Shown: one piece after another, positions 9,461 to 19,357 of the stretch
Layout of the letters: each line of letters opens with the position of its first letter
How positions within the stretch are numbered: position 1 is the stretch's first letter
IMG/VR virus record: IMGVR_UViG_3300026512_000002
Span: 1 to 64,000 of that record
DNA: 64,000 bases
Direction: 5' to 3' (one strand)
Program-made: the position numbers and the translations under genes
The notes under the pieces: generated by a model
Seen by the model: only the letters and a program-made list of their open reading frames with translations
Database searches by the model: none
Told to the model about the DNA's origin: nothing

Positions 9461-10125
9461 TTATTTTTTTTATTATAATCATTCATTGCTAATATAAAAT
9501 CGTCTACAGTTTTTTTCATCAAGTTTATTAAAGATTCATATAACACCTCTCTGCGTTTCCATGTAATTTTATCATTTCTTATAGATTCAATAATCGCATT
9601 CATAAAATCTTTTGTATTATTATCATGTACTTTATTGAAAATGTTTATAAAATCTTCAGACAAACCTGCATTTTTCATATCATTAACATATAACTCCACA
9701 GTTTGTATTGCTATGGTTTTAAGAGTAGCTACTTCAATTTCTTTATCATATTTACTGGTTCGTAAAAATTGCATACTTAATAAACTTTTTATAAAATACT
9801 GTTTAACTCGTATAAATTTAAATTTAAGAATTTCTTTTTTAGCTTCATCCATATCATAGTTGCTAAGATAACCTATTTCTATTTCGTATAAACCACCTAT
9901 TATTTTATCATAAAATGATGTAACGCTAGCACTAAATATATTTAGTACTGCATCCACTGATATATAATTCAGTATTGTGAAAAAAATAAATAATGTTAAT
10001 TTATCATTGGTTAATTCAAATATTGATAAAAATAACATTATTGTTGATATAAACATGGAAAATATTAATTTCATGAACATCATTTTAAAATCTAGTTTTA
10101 TTATAAAACTATGTAGTTTATTCAT
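9457..10125 (-). CDS. Membrane protein (two N-terminal TM segments)
   Basis: Hydrophobic N-terminal helices; SD AGGAG; in a late-promoter unit. Confidence 0.65.
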   Translation of the reverse strand: MNKLHSFIIKLDFKMMFMKLIFSMFISTIMLFLSIFELTNDKLTLFIFFTILNYISVDAVLNIFSASVTSFYDKIIGGLYEIEIGYLSNYDMDEAKKEILKFKFIRVKQYFIKSLLSMQFLRTSKYDKEIEVATLKTIAIQTVELYVNDMKNAGLSEDFINIFNKVHDNNTKDFMNAIIESIRNDKITWKRREVLYESLINLMKKTVDDFILAMNDYNKKNN

Positions 10126-10143
10126 TGGATACTCCTATTTATT

Positions 10144-10656
10144 TTAGATATCATCATATGGTTTAGTTATTATTTTTTTCTTATCGGTCTTATCATTATC
10201 ACATGTATCGTTTATTTCTATTTTAGTTTCTTTATTGAATAAACCTTTAGCATATAAGCCTATTTTTAATAATTTTCCGATACATATAAATATTTTATTG
10301 AATTTGACACGTGTTGTAGCTGATAGTGCTAGATCGCCTAATATTGGTAATATACTATAAAGAAACATTTCTATAAATACAGGACTATAAAATATAATAG
10401 TATTGTTTTTTTTAATTGTTTTCAAATTATATATGTTTAAGAATCCTGCAACATGGATAATTCCAACTAATAATATATTTAAAAATAATAGTCTTAACAT
10501 ATCGTGAAACGAATGTTTTATTTGCATTTTCATATCACCTGTAAAACGACTTTTATTGGTAACTATGTAATAAACTGTCTTGTAGATAAAAATAACTACA
10601 GGTAAAGAAATCATTATTAAACCATGTAAAAGTCTAGTAGACAAAATATACCTCAC
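10144..10656 (-). CDS. Multi-TM membrane protein (holin-like candidate)
   Basis: Three hydrophobic segments and a charged C-terminus; late promoter motif at 10693-10704. Confidence 0.5.
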   Translation of the reverse strand: MRYILSTRLLHGLIMISLPVVIFIYKTVYYIVTNKSRFTGDMKMQIKHSFHDMLRLLFLNILLVGIIHVAGFLNIYNLKTIKKNNTIIFYSPVFIEMFLYSILPILGDLALSATTRVKFNKIFICIGKLLKIGLYAKGLFNKETKIEINDTCDNDKTDKKKIITKPYDDI

Positions 10657-10763
10657 AATTGCTTATATTCTTGTTATATGTAAAACATAATATATTGCGT
10701 TGTTTGGTTAGTAGTAGTGGTGTTTATAGAAATGATAATTAAAAAAATAGGTTAAAAATGAGA

Positions 10764-11042
10764 TTATTCAAAATCGGTAACAATGCTTGTAACTGCTGCT
10801 AATTTAATAATAGCATCACCGATATTTCTATCTACTTCTGATGATCCTAACATTAATACTGTAAAATGCTTTTTCGTAGCGATGTTCGTAATATTAAGTC
10901 GACTCATTTTATTTGTGATGATATAGTCTAGAGTGTAAGTGTCACTTTTTAACGATATCGCATCCGTGTTGATGTCTGATATTATAAAGTGATCATTTTC
11001 TAACATTTCGAGTGTTTTGTCTTTTAGTTCAGAAATAGTCAT
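10764..11042 (-). CDS. Hypothetical protein
   Basis: 92-aa ORF with SD AAGGAG, downstream of tdk. Confidence 0.7.
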   Translation of the reverse strand: MTISELKDKTLEMLENDHFIISDINTDAISLKSDTYTLDYIITNKMSRLNITNIATKKHFTVLMLGSSEVDRNIGDAIIKLAAVTSIVTDFE

Positions 11043-11068
11043 ATGACTCCTTAAAAGTTATAGGTTAA

Positions 11069-11659
11069 TTAGTTAGTGGTTTTACCACTATTTTTTAAAT
11101 AAAAATGTTTATTGCATAATGGTATGTAGTTATAACCTATGGATATAATATCACCATCAGTTATAATATTACCATCAATATCTATTCTAGCATTTTGTTT
11201 AGCATTAACACCGCACCAACATTTAACAGGACCGATTTCAGATATTTCATCAGCTATTTCAAATATACGTTTAGTTCCTGAAAATAATTGTCCTTTAAAA
11301 TCTGTTTTTAGACCATATAGTAAAAATGTTATACTATCTACATTTGAGCTTATTTCATATATTTGATTAAGTTGATCGTTTGTTAAAAACTGTGCTTCAT
11401 CTATTATGACTAAATCATATTGTCTAGCTGGTATACCATCATCGATACTTTGTAATATGTTATAAATACCATCATTTTCGTTAATCATGTTACATTCAAC
11501 TTTCTGATCGCCAAATCTAGTATAAATATATTTACCATTTCTAGAATCTATAGATGGTTTTAATAAACATACTTTTAAAAAATCTTTATTTTTCCACCAT
11601 TTTAATAATACTTCTGCAGATTTTCCACTATTCGTAGTACCGTATTTAAATTTTATCAC
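11069..11659 (-). CDS. tdk: Thymidine kinase (type II)
   Basis: GTTNSGKS P-loop, KPSIDSR, IIDEAQF, YGLKTDF, Zn-lasso CWCG...YIPLCNKH; GTG start after GGAGG. Confidence 0.93.
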   Translation of the reverse strand: MIKFKYGTTNSGKSAEVLLKWWKNKDFLKVCLLKPSIDSRNGKYIYTRFGDQKVECNMINENDGIYNILQSIDDGIPARQYDLVIIDEAQFLTNDQLNQIYEISSNVDSITFLLYGLKTDFKGQLFSGTKRIFEIADEISEIGPVKCWCGVNAKQNARIDIDGNIITDGDIISIGYNYIPLCNKHFYLKNSGKTTN

Positions 11660-11930
11660 TTTAACCTCCACTATAAAGAAAATCAAATATATGTTTAATT
11701 AGAACATATATCTTAAAAATGTTATAAATATTTTTATCATAATATATAAGATGTGTCAAGTTTAATATATATGTATATGTGATAATAGTTTAGTATTATA
11801 GTATTTATATATATTATATGTATATATTACATAAATGTAATAGGTGTTCCGGAAATAGTATGGGTTTTATTTTTTTTTGAAAAAAAGGTGGAAATCACAA
11901 CATAGTATTAAATATGTTAGTGGGAATATT

Positions 11931-12692
11931 ATGAAAAATGGTGTAAAAGGTTTTAAAAGCAAATATACTGCTGAAGAAGTAGAGGCTATTTTAGATGGTG
12001 CTAGTGGTGGTTCATGTACACAACCATGGGACCCTAGTAAAGCTGGCGGTTATGCTGATCCGTGTTTAGCAATATATTCGCTATTTTATGTTGCTCCAAT
12101 AGTGTCGGTTAGTAACAATGTTAATGTTGTAGAAATTGGCTCTACCGTTAATAATGTAACTGTTAATTGGTCTATAAGTGGGTCCGGTGTTGTGATGTCA
12201 CAATCATTAACAGATGTTGGTTCTGTAGCTGTAGGCACATTATCACATGATTTCACAGGATTAGGTTTAACCAATAATAAAACATGGTCAGTTTCTATTA
12301 CTGACGATCACCCAACTTCTGCTAATGGATCAACTACAATTTATTTTAGACACATGCGTCATTGGGGTACAGATTCCAACGATTCAGCAACAGTAAATAC
12401 CATGACAGATGCACAAGCTACTACATTGGTGTTAGGTTTAGCTAATGAAGAGTTTGCTACTAGTAGGGGAAAAAATTGGACACAAAACGGTAATGGTGAA
12501 TATATAATATATTCATATCCAGTCAGTTGGGGTGAAAGTGATCCACCATCAAATGTAAATGGTTTACCAAATACTGCATGGACTAAAATTGTTAAAAATA
12601 TAACTAACTCTTCTGGACATATCGAACCGTATAATATTTGGATCAGTAACACTGTTCAAAATGGTACCGGCATAAATATCATATGGTTATAA
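11931..12692 (+). CDS. Virion-associated beta-rich (Ig-like) protein
   Basis: Late promoter motif at 11899; Thr/Ser/Asn-rich beta pattern (VEIGSTV..V.WS). Confidence 0.6.
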   Translation: MKNGVKGFKSKYTAEEVEAILDGASGGSCTQPWDPSKAGGYADPCLAIYSLFYVAPIVSVSNNVNVVEIGSTVNNVTVNWSISGSGVVMSQSLTDVGSVAVGTLSHDFTGLGLTNNKTWSVSITDDHPTSANGSTTIYFRHMRHWGTDSNDSATVNTMTDAQATTLVLGLANEEFATSRGKNWTQNGNGEYIIYSYPVSWGESDPPSNVNGLPNTAWTKIVKNITNSSGHIEPYNIWISNTVQNGTGINIIWL

Positions 12693-12822
12693 ATTAAAAA
12701 AAAAGAAAATAAAATATATTTTATTAAGGATTATTTAATAGTTAACTTATATTATGTGTACATATTATCATGTTGTATAATATGTACACATTTTATTAAA
12801 TAGAAATATTTGGAGGTTAATT

Positions 12823-13725
12823 ATGACTAATTTAAATCAAAACACATATTCTCGTAAATTAGATCTGTTAAGTATTTTCAACATATGGTACACCCATATA
12901 TTGAAAAACGAAGATGATGTTGATCGTAATTATAGCGTTGATACTTACTGGTCCGATGATTCGGAAGATCTGTTATATAATAAATATAAACATAATATGG
13001 TGTTTTTTATGGAAAGGATGTTAACTGATATTGATTTTGTTGAGATTATTGTTAATGTTTTTAAATTATATGATATAACGTTAAATAATGTAACATTCTA
13101 TTCACCTAATGAGTATAATTATAAAACAGATACTATTATAGTGTCTGTTGAAATGGAAAAAGATATTTATAATAAACCACTTGTGCTTAATGGCGATATG
13201 CGTGAATATGTGCAATATTATATTGATAATATACGTGTAGGTTCTAGGGATGGATATATATCAGTAGAACCATCTGTTGTATCGGATGTTGTTAGAGATG
13301 ATTATGTATATATGTATGCTATTGGTAAAGTTATTTATAACACTTATGGTGATAGGTTTAGAGCTTTAATGGATACTATATATGAACATATGTTATATAT
13401 TAGATCAATTTGCATGTGTTATTGTGAAGATGCGAAAACCGATATATTGTTATCTAATGACGAGTTATTAAGTTCTGATTATGATAAGGAGTATGTTGTT
13501 AGTATATTAAAAGATTGTTCTACTATCAACGACTTTAATGAAGATGGTGACATTATTACATACATAGATATATTTGATGTGAAAACCATGTCTGATGGTA
13601 TATTAGTAGAAGTAGAAGTACATGGTCATAGGATAGATGATGATTATATAACAATGCTTATAATGTCTAGCTTATCAACATTTTGTAAGACTGTTAACCT
13701 ACCTAGTAATCTATCAATAAGGTAA
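12823..13725 (+). CDS. Hypothetical phage protein (SPxEYNYxTD / SRDG motifs)
   Basis: SD GGAGG; early-type motif CATATTAT-N6-G upstream. Confidence 0.75.
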   Translation: MTNLNQNTYSRKLDLLSIFNIWYTHILKNEDDVDRNYSVDTYWSDDSEDLLYNKYKHNMVFFMERMLTDIDFVEIIVNVFKLYDITLNNVTFYSPNEYNYKTDTIIVSVEMEKDIYNKPLVLNGDMREYVQYYIDNIRVGSRDGYISVEPSVVSDVVRDDYVYMYAIGKVIYNTYGDRFRALMDTIYEHMLYIRSICMCYCEDAKTDILLSNDELLSSDYDKEYVVSILKDCSTINDFNEDGDIITYIDIFDVKTMSDGILVEVEVHGHRIDDDYITMLIMSSLSTFCKTVNLPSNLSIR

Positions 13726-13765
13726 AATCGTAATATTGATGATCATAAATATATATTATAATAAT

Positions 13766-14112
13766 AAGTTATTTAATAATGAATCGTGCATTGGCAAGTG
13801 TTTCCGGCGGTTCATAGCATAGAATGCTACTTATAGGAAACAACACACATTTGTGTGTTCCATTGTAAAGTTGTAGCTCTGGTAGGAAGGAGCAGTGAGC
13901 GGACATTGTGTGTCGAAACATGTCGCGGCTCTTGGTAGAAATACCAGCGGTAATCAATCCGTCAGAACACGTAAACATGGCTGACTACCATGATTGCTGG
14001 AGTTGCTATCCTAAAAGCAACTCTTGAGTAAATATATACAACCCTATCTGCGTTTGCGATAGGGTTGTATATCATTAAGAAAAGAGGTTGATCCCCTCTT
14101 TTCTTTTTTTTT
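13766..14112 (+). ncRNA. Putative structured early ncRNA (~350 nt)
   Basis: TATATTAT at 13752; GC-enriched; helices include a perfect 15-bp stem 14034-14048/14058-14072; terminator AAGAAAAGAGG/CCTCTTTTCTT plus T-tract. Confidence 0.65.
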
Positions 14113-14219
14113 GATTATGGACGACATATGTTGAAATCATTTTCAATTATATATTATAGTAATAGTTAATGTGTTTATCATACAATATGGTATGATATAA
14201 TATTTATATTGGAGGAAAT

Positions 14220-14924
14220 ATGCGACAAGAAGTAGAATTAACATTAGAAGATGGTACAGTATATGGTACCTTTTCGTATGAAAAAAAATTGGACATTAGC
14301 GATGATAATATGTTCAATAATGTGAAAATTGGATCAATAACCGTATTATACGGTTATGATTTAATACCAACGAAAATACCTACATATACAATACCTATAT
14401 GTAAGGCAAACTCCAAACATTTTAATGATGAACTATTGGGGTTTAGAGAACAACTTAAGAAAAAGTTGGAAACGTGTGTCTATTATTCAGCCAAATTTGT
14501 ATTTACAACATTTGAGGATCTACAAGTTGGATATATGTGTGGAACAGCCAGTTATGATGTTGATCATGCAAATCAAGTGTTATCGTATACAGAAAATTGG
14601 ACTCATGGTGAGTTTTTAGAAAAATGCGGCGATGACAGTATACAGATGTACGCGCCAAGATCAAATTGGGGTATGGTTATACGTTATCCATCAACATCTT
14701 GTGATAAATATAGTAGTAAAAGATATGTGTTATTTGAAGCTATTGGCTTTATAACAGGTCTAGATAAGAAAGACTATGAATTAAAATGGCATATCGCAAC
14801 TAATATATTTACACTATCATCACCTACCTCTAAAAAAGGTAGGTTGATAGGAAAACGTGGAAGAACGATTATGAAAATCGAACATGTTGCTAAATATCTA
14901 AATGTTAAAATAATACTTAGATAA
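14220..14924 (+). CDS. Protein with C-terminal KH (RNA-binding) domain
   Basis: KGRLIGKRGRTIMKI GxxG-loop KH signature; SD GGAGG; TATATTAT at 14150. Confidence 0.7.
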   Translation: MRQEVELTLEDGTVYGTFSYEKKLDISDDNMFNNVKIGSITVLYGYDLIPTKIPTYTIPICKANSKHFNDELLGFREQLKKKLETCVYYSAKFVFTTFEDLQVGYMCGTASYDVDHANQVLSYTENWTHGEFLEKCGDDSIQMYAPRSNWGMVIRYPSTSCDKYSSKRYVLFEAIGFITGLDKKDYELKWHIATNIFTLSSPTSKKGRLIGKRGRTIMKIEHVAKYLNVKIILR

Positions 14925-14931
14925 TTATAAC

Positions 14932-14958
14932 TATGGGATCGAAAGATCCCATTTTTTT
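14932..14958 (+). terminator. Intrinsic terminator, copy 1 of a 27-bp direct repeat
   Basis: TATGGGATC-GAAA-GATCCCATTTTTTT, identical to 17665-17691. Confidence 0.85.
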
Positions 14959-14970
14959 TAAAGAGGACAA

Positions 14971-16476
14971 ATGAAATTATACGAAGAATTACAACGAATA
15001 GAGAATCGGGTAAATTTTACAGAACACGATATAGACCCAGTATGGGTTAATTTTATTAGGAAGTCATTTGGTGACAAATATGAAATTAAAACTGATTATA
15101 AAAGTGATGGGTTTTTATTTGATGTTGAGCGTGATATGTATATTGTTATTATGGAATTTAAACGTGATAAATTATTAGGTAAAAATAATATTGATTTAAA
15201 CGAAGTAATAGTTCAAGTTATTTATTATTTAAAGAAAGTTGAGAAGGATGGTAAAATTTTACCGAAGGTTGTTTTAATTGGAGATGTTAACGAAGTTGTT
15301 ATTTTTCCAACATATACAATCGAAAAATATTTGAGAATGGAGAATGTTGATTGGAATATCGCAGCTAGTGAAGCATATAAAAGTAATCGCGATATGTTGG
15401 ATATGTTAAAGGACGATGTACATGTTAAGTTTAAAGTTGAAAACGTGGATGTTTCTTTTAACGAGGAAAAATTCATCAATAATTTAAAAAGAATGGTTTA
15501 TGATTCGTTTTCTAAAATAAAGATTACTAAAATTAATATTGGAGAAGTATTTGTGAATCATATTAAAGGGTTGTTTGTTGACGCGAATGACTCGACTATA
15601 TTCAATTTCTTGCAGATAATGAAAGGTAATTATGCTCTTGCGATTAAGAAAAGGAATAAAAGTAAATATGTATTATATATAGAAGATGGTAATGTTGTTC
15701 AAGTGAATAGGGATAAATATGCTATATTGGAGAATACGTTTGAGCTCAATATGAGTAATCGTGAGTTTAAAGAAATGTTGCGAAATAAGGACGAGTTCGA
15801 AGATAGTGTTAAAAGAGTGAAAGAAGGGATTTTCTATACACCGTTACCGTTTGTGGATTTAGCACATCAATATATTGAAAAGGAATTTGGTAAAAATTGG
15901 AAAAGCGAATATTCTGTATATGATCCTGCGTGGGGAATGGGGAACTTAACTAGGGATTATGTATTTGATGACTTATATTGTTCAACATTGGATGGGGACG
16001 ACTTAAAATTAGCGAAGAATTTCAACAAGGGATCTAGGAAATTCCAGATGGACTTTTTGAACGATGATTTGCCAGAATTTATGGTGGAAGCTTTTAAAGA
16101 TAAAAGTAAGAAGTGGATTGTGTTTATGAATCCGCCGTATAAAAATGGTCCGTCTGGAATAAATCATAATAATGGAGTTGGATTTAATGTTAGTAAAACT
16201 AGTAATAAATTAGATATGAAAAAAGATGGAGTTAATGGTAATGACTTATATGTTCAATTTATATATAAAGCTATTAAGTTAAGATCCGAATATGGTGCAG
16301 ATCTAACCATATGCGTTTTTAGTAAAGCAACATATTTGAATGGTAAAGAAGGGAAAGGTTTAAGAAAATATTTAAGAAATAACAATGTTGAGTTTAAATG
16401 TGGATTTTTAGTAACTGGAAAGGTATTCAAGGGACTTGATGCTAAATGGCCAGTTAGTTTTACAATTTTAAAATAA
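14971..16476 (+). CDS. Type IIG-like fused PD-(D/E)xK endonuclease / N6-adenine DNA methyltransferase
   Basis: N-terminal SDG..(x12)..EFK..QVIYY; GIFYTP (motif X), YDPAWGMGNL (motif I), DFL, NPPY (motif IV), DLYVQF. Confidence 0.85.
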   Translation: MKLYEELQRIENRVNFTEHDIDPVWVNFIRKSFGDKYEIKTDYKSDGFLFDVERDMYIVIMEFKRDKLLGKNNIDLNEVIVQVIYYLKKVEKDGKILPKVVLIGDVNEVVIFPTYTIEKYLRMENVDWNIAASEAYKSNRDMLDMLKDDVHVKFKVENVDVSFNEEKFINNLKRMVYDSFSKIKITKINIGEVFVNHIKGLFVDANDSTIFNFLQIMKGNYALAIKKRNKSKYVLYIEDGNVVQVNRDKYAILENTFELNMSNREFKEMLRNKDEFEDSVKRVKEGIFYTPLPFVDLAHQYIEKEFGKNWKSEYSVYDPAWGMGNLTRDYVFDDLYCSTLDGDDLKLAKNFNKGSRKFQMDFLNDDLPEFMVEAFKDKSKKWIVFMNPPYKNGPSGINHNNGVGFNVSKTSNKLDMKKDGVNGNDLYVQFIYKAIKLRSEYGADLTICVFSKATYLNGKEGKGLRKYLRNNNVEFKCGFLVTGKVFKGLDAKWPVSFTILK

Positions 16477-16636
16477 TAGGAGTGATAAAATGAACATACT
16501 AGTTGAGTAAATTAATATATGTAGCGATGATATTAAAATGGGTATATTTGTAAATAATGATAACTATACTGAATTGTTGACTAATAAACATTGTATAAGG
16601 TTAACAATACATCAGTGGTTAGTAATAGGAGAAATA

Positions 16637-17659
16637 ATGGATAATTTTAATAACTTTAAATTTGATGTTTATGATGTAGATGCAAAATTAATTGGGGATG
16701 TTATATTGTATAATATGGATGATGAAATCTCACTAACAGATTGGTTGAAAGATGTTAGAAGTGAAAACAAAACAACTAAAGGGTTATGTGTTAAATCACC
16801 ATTGAGAACATCATATAGTGAACGAGGAACCATGGTAGATAAAGCATTAGGATATTTATTAAATGCTGGAAATAACATGGAGAAATCAGCTAGAAGTGTT
16901 GGTTTGATGAGTATAGCATTTTCCAATGCACATGGAGAATCTATTGAATCTACTAACCTTAAGCGAGCATTTTTAACTATGGCTTTCCGTAGAAGCTATG
17001 CAAAACATCAATGGTTTGAAGAGAAGAAGGAATTTATCGCACCAACTTTCAAGTCCAAACAACATCAACAACAAGTTTATACCGATGCTATCATCTTTTC
17101 CATTTTCAACAACCAAAACCAAACAGGTTCGCTCCGCGACATCAAATACGACAATAAAACCTTTCAAGTGGAAAACCACTTCTTTCCTTTTAGCAAGAAA
17201 ATAGTTCAATCTTTAATAGATTTATATATTGATGAAGATGATAGGTTTGACCTAATAGAAGAAGATATGAATCGCTATGGTCGTAAAGATAGAATCATGA
17301 ATAGAATAATCGAAAGATATTTGCGTTCCGATTCATTTAGTGAAGAAGCGTTAGATGTTTACAATAAAGCATTGTCAATGTATAAGAATGCGTTTAAGTA
17401 TTTTGTAGATGAAGAATATCAAGAAAAGGATGTGAACGGAACATTATGTACAACTTATTTAAACGAAGTATGGGACACATCATGGTATCAGATGAAGATT
17501 GTTATAGAAAACCGATTTAAAGATGATTATAAGGAGTTTAAGAATCTCTATAATAAATTAGAGAAACGAATGAGGCAACATGTTATTGATTGTGGAGTTA
17601 TAATTCCTAATGAAGGTGAAAAATATTATGATTTTGAAACCAATATGGTGATTGAGTAA
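16637..17659 (+). CDS. Probable specificity/C-terminal half of the split Type IIG-like enzyme
   Basis: SD AGGAG before ATG 16637. Sequence continues the pattern expected after WPVSFTI (FDVYD..., DWL, NHFFPF, WD..WYQ). Confidence 0.6.
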   Translation: MDNFNNFKFDVYDVDAKLIGDVILYNMDDEISLTDWLKDVRSENKTTKGLCVKSPLRTSYSERGTMVDKALGYLLNAGNNMEKSARSVGLMSIAFSNAHGESIESTNLKRAFLTMAFRRSYAKHQWFEEKKEFIAPTFKSKQHQQQVYTDAIIFSIFNNQNQTGSLRDIKYDNKTFQVENHFFPFSKKIVQSLIDLYIDEDDRFDLIEEDMNRYGRKDRIMNRIIERYLRSDSFSEEALDVYNKALSMYKNAFKYFVDEEYQEKDVNGTLCTTYLNEVWDTSWYQMKIVIENRFKDDYKEFKNLYNKLEKRMRQHVIDCGVIIPNEGEKYYDFETNMVIE

Positions 17660-17664
17660 TTGAT

Positions 17665-17691
17665 TATGGGATCGAAAGATCCCATTTTTTT
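17665..17691 (+). terminator. Intrinsic terminator, copy 2 of the 27-bp direct repeat
   Basis: Identical to 14932-14958. Confidence 0.85.
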
Positions 17692-17911
17692 AAATAAGAT
17701 ATCACGTGTTATTGAGATACGAACATGTGATAAGAGTAAACATGTTCAATAGTACTATAAAATCTGATCATGGTTACGATGAAGTATCTTTTTATTAATA
17801 ATATGACTGGAAATAGTTTGAATAAAGATAAAATTGTTGAAGTAATAAAAACAGTTTTTTATTTATAGTTGTTTATATAGTATATGTTATAATAATTGTA
17901 ATTGGAGTTAT

Positions 17912-18235
17912 ATGATTAAAGAAGTCTACAGTAATGCAATTTTCTGTTCAAATATTGAAAATTGTGAAAACAGAGAGTGTGTGTTTAGGTTTAATGGTTA
18001 TAGAAAAGAAGTAGACCAAATACATGATATTGATAACTATGTGATAAAATTAGATAATTTAAAATCTAATGATTGTGGTTTTATAATGCCAAATCTTATG
18101 TGTGATATTAACCATGATGGTTCTATAACAGTATCTGATATTGTTGGCAATATGCGAGTTGTAGAAACGTATTATGGGTATGATAAACAAGAATGTATGA
18201 TTTTGTTTAGCAGAGAGCATTGTATGGGTGAGTAG
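17912..18235 (+). CDS. Cys-rich hypothetical protein
   Basis: SD GGAG; FC-x4-C-x4-C-x-R pattern. Confidence 0.7.
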   Translation: MIKEVYSNAIFCSNIENCENRECVFRFNGYRKEVDQIHDIDNYVIKLDNLKSNDCGFIMPNLMCDINHDGSITVSDIVGNMRVVETYYGYDKQECMILFSREHCMGE

Positions 18236-18328
18236 TGATTAATATATTTAATGTGGTAAAAATGAAAATTCTTTACTAGATGTTACAAAATAGTAGTAAA
18301 ATGATTAATGAATACATATTATAGTTGT

Positions 18329-18672
18329 GTCTGTAGGTTATAATACCATAACTTATGGATAATGGAACCGTTTGCGTGTTCCTCAGCTGTCAAGCTGTCT
18401 TCAATAGGAGGAGATATGAAGAATTTATAGATTAGCGATTCCGGTGGTGAATCGTTAATAAGCTTGAGGTTTGATAATACCTCGTAAAAAAAATATCCGT
18501 ACACTAGGGTGCGGTTCCCTAGAAATTGTTGGTTAAGTGTAAGCGCATACATTTGACCACTTTTCCAATCAGCCAATAGGCATGTGTGTTCTAATATACA
18601 CAGCCTAGCATCTTGCGGTTGATTGTAGAAAAAAGAGAGGTTCTGATGCTACCGTAGTTCTCTTTTTTTTTA
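18329..18672 (+). ncRNA. Putative structured early ncRNA (~345 nt)
   Basis: CATATTAT-N6-G (18315-18329); serial hairpins with G-U pairs on the + strand (TTAGCGATTC/GAATCGTTAA; TGGTTAAGTGTA/TACATTTGACCA); T-tract end; no long ORF. Confidence 0.65.
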
Positions 18673-18936
18673 TTAAATAACTAGTTATTTGCTGCAGATA
18701 ATGCTAAAATTGATATATTGTAACATATTATGTTGAAATATTAAGAATATTGCTGACGCGATAATATGATGATAATATAGTGGATTGTAAATCTGTTAAT
18801 CGTAGATTGCTGATAGTGAAAATTGAAGTAAAAATTAAATGTATATTATGAAGGTGTAGTTGTTATATAAACAAATAATGAATATTGTATATATTACTCT
18901 CTCATTATTTATGTTATTTTTTTATTAGGAGGAAAT

Positions 18937-19293
18937 ATGAAAATTTTAGAACTCAAAACTTTAGATACAGCAACAACACAAGATTTTGATAAAGTGAAAA
19001 ATAACTTATATCAGAGATATATGGTTATTGATTCAAAGTTAAATAGAATTTTAGATATTTATATTGGTTATCGAGGTAGTTATACAATGGTTGTTTTGCA
19101 AGGATCAACTTCAACAGAGTCATTTTCAGGAGTATCAGTTAGTAGGAATGGTTATTTATCATATTGTTTACTAAGTGCCTTTAAAAAGGCTGGTTTTAAA
19201 TTCGATAACTATGATTATGGGGAAGAAACGCGTAGTATTATAGAACTTGTAGCCAAAAAAATAACTAGAAAAAAATTCAAAATATTTTGTTAA
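18937..19293 (+). CDS. Hypothetical early protein
   Basis: SD AGGAGG; TATATTAT-N6-G at 18842. Confidence 0.75.
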   Translation: MKILELKTLDTATTQDFDKVKNNLYQRYMVIDSKLNRILDIYIGYRGSYTMVVLQGSTSTESFSGVSVSRNGYLSYCLLSAFKKAGFKFDNYDYGEETRSIIELVAKKITRKKFKIFC

Positions 19294-19342
19294 GGAGCTA
19301 ATAGTCAGGTTCCTATAATCGTATATATATGTATTACATATA

Positions 19343-19357
19343 TATATTATACTATTG
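19343..19357 (+). promoter_or_regulatory. Early (virion-RNAP-type) promoter YATATTAN-N6-G
   Basis: TATATTAT-actatt-G. The same motif with G at +7 occurs at 18315, 18842, 22395(-), 28699, 29516, ~43317, 51179 and ~62530. Confidence 0.65.

Noticed and set aside
7902-11659. Uracil-substituted genome as in AR9/PBS1
   Set aside because: Intact dUTPase and thymidine kinase argue for dTTP-based DNA; this cannot be proven from sequence alone.
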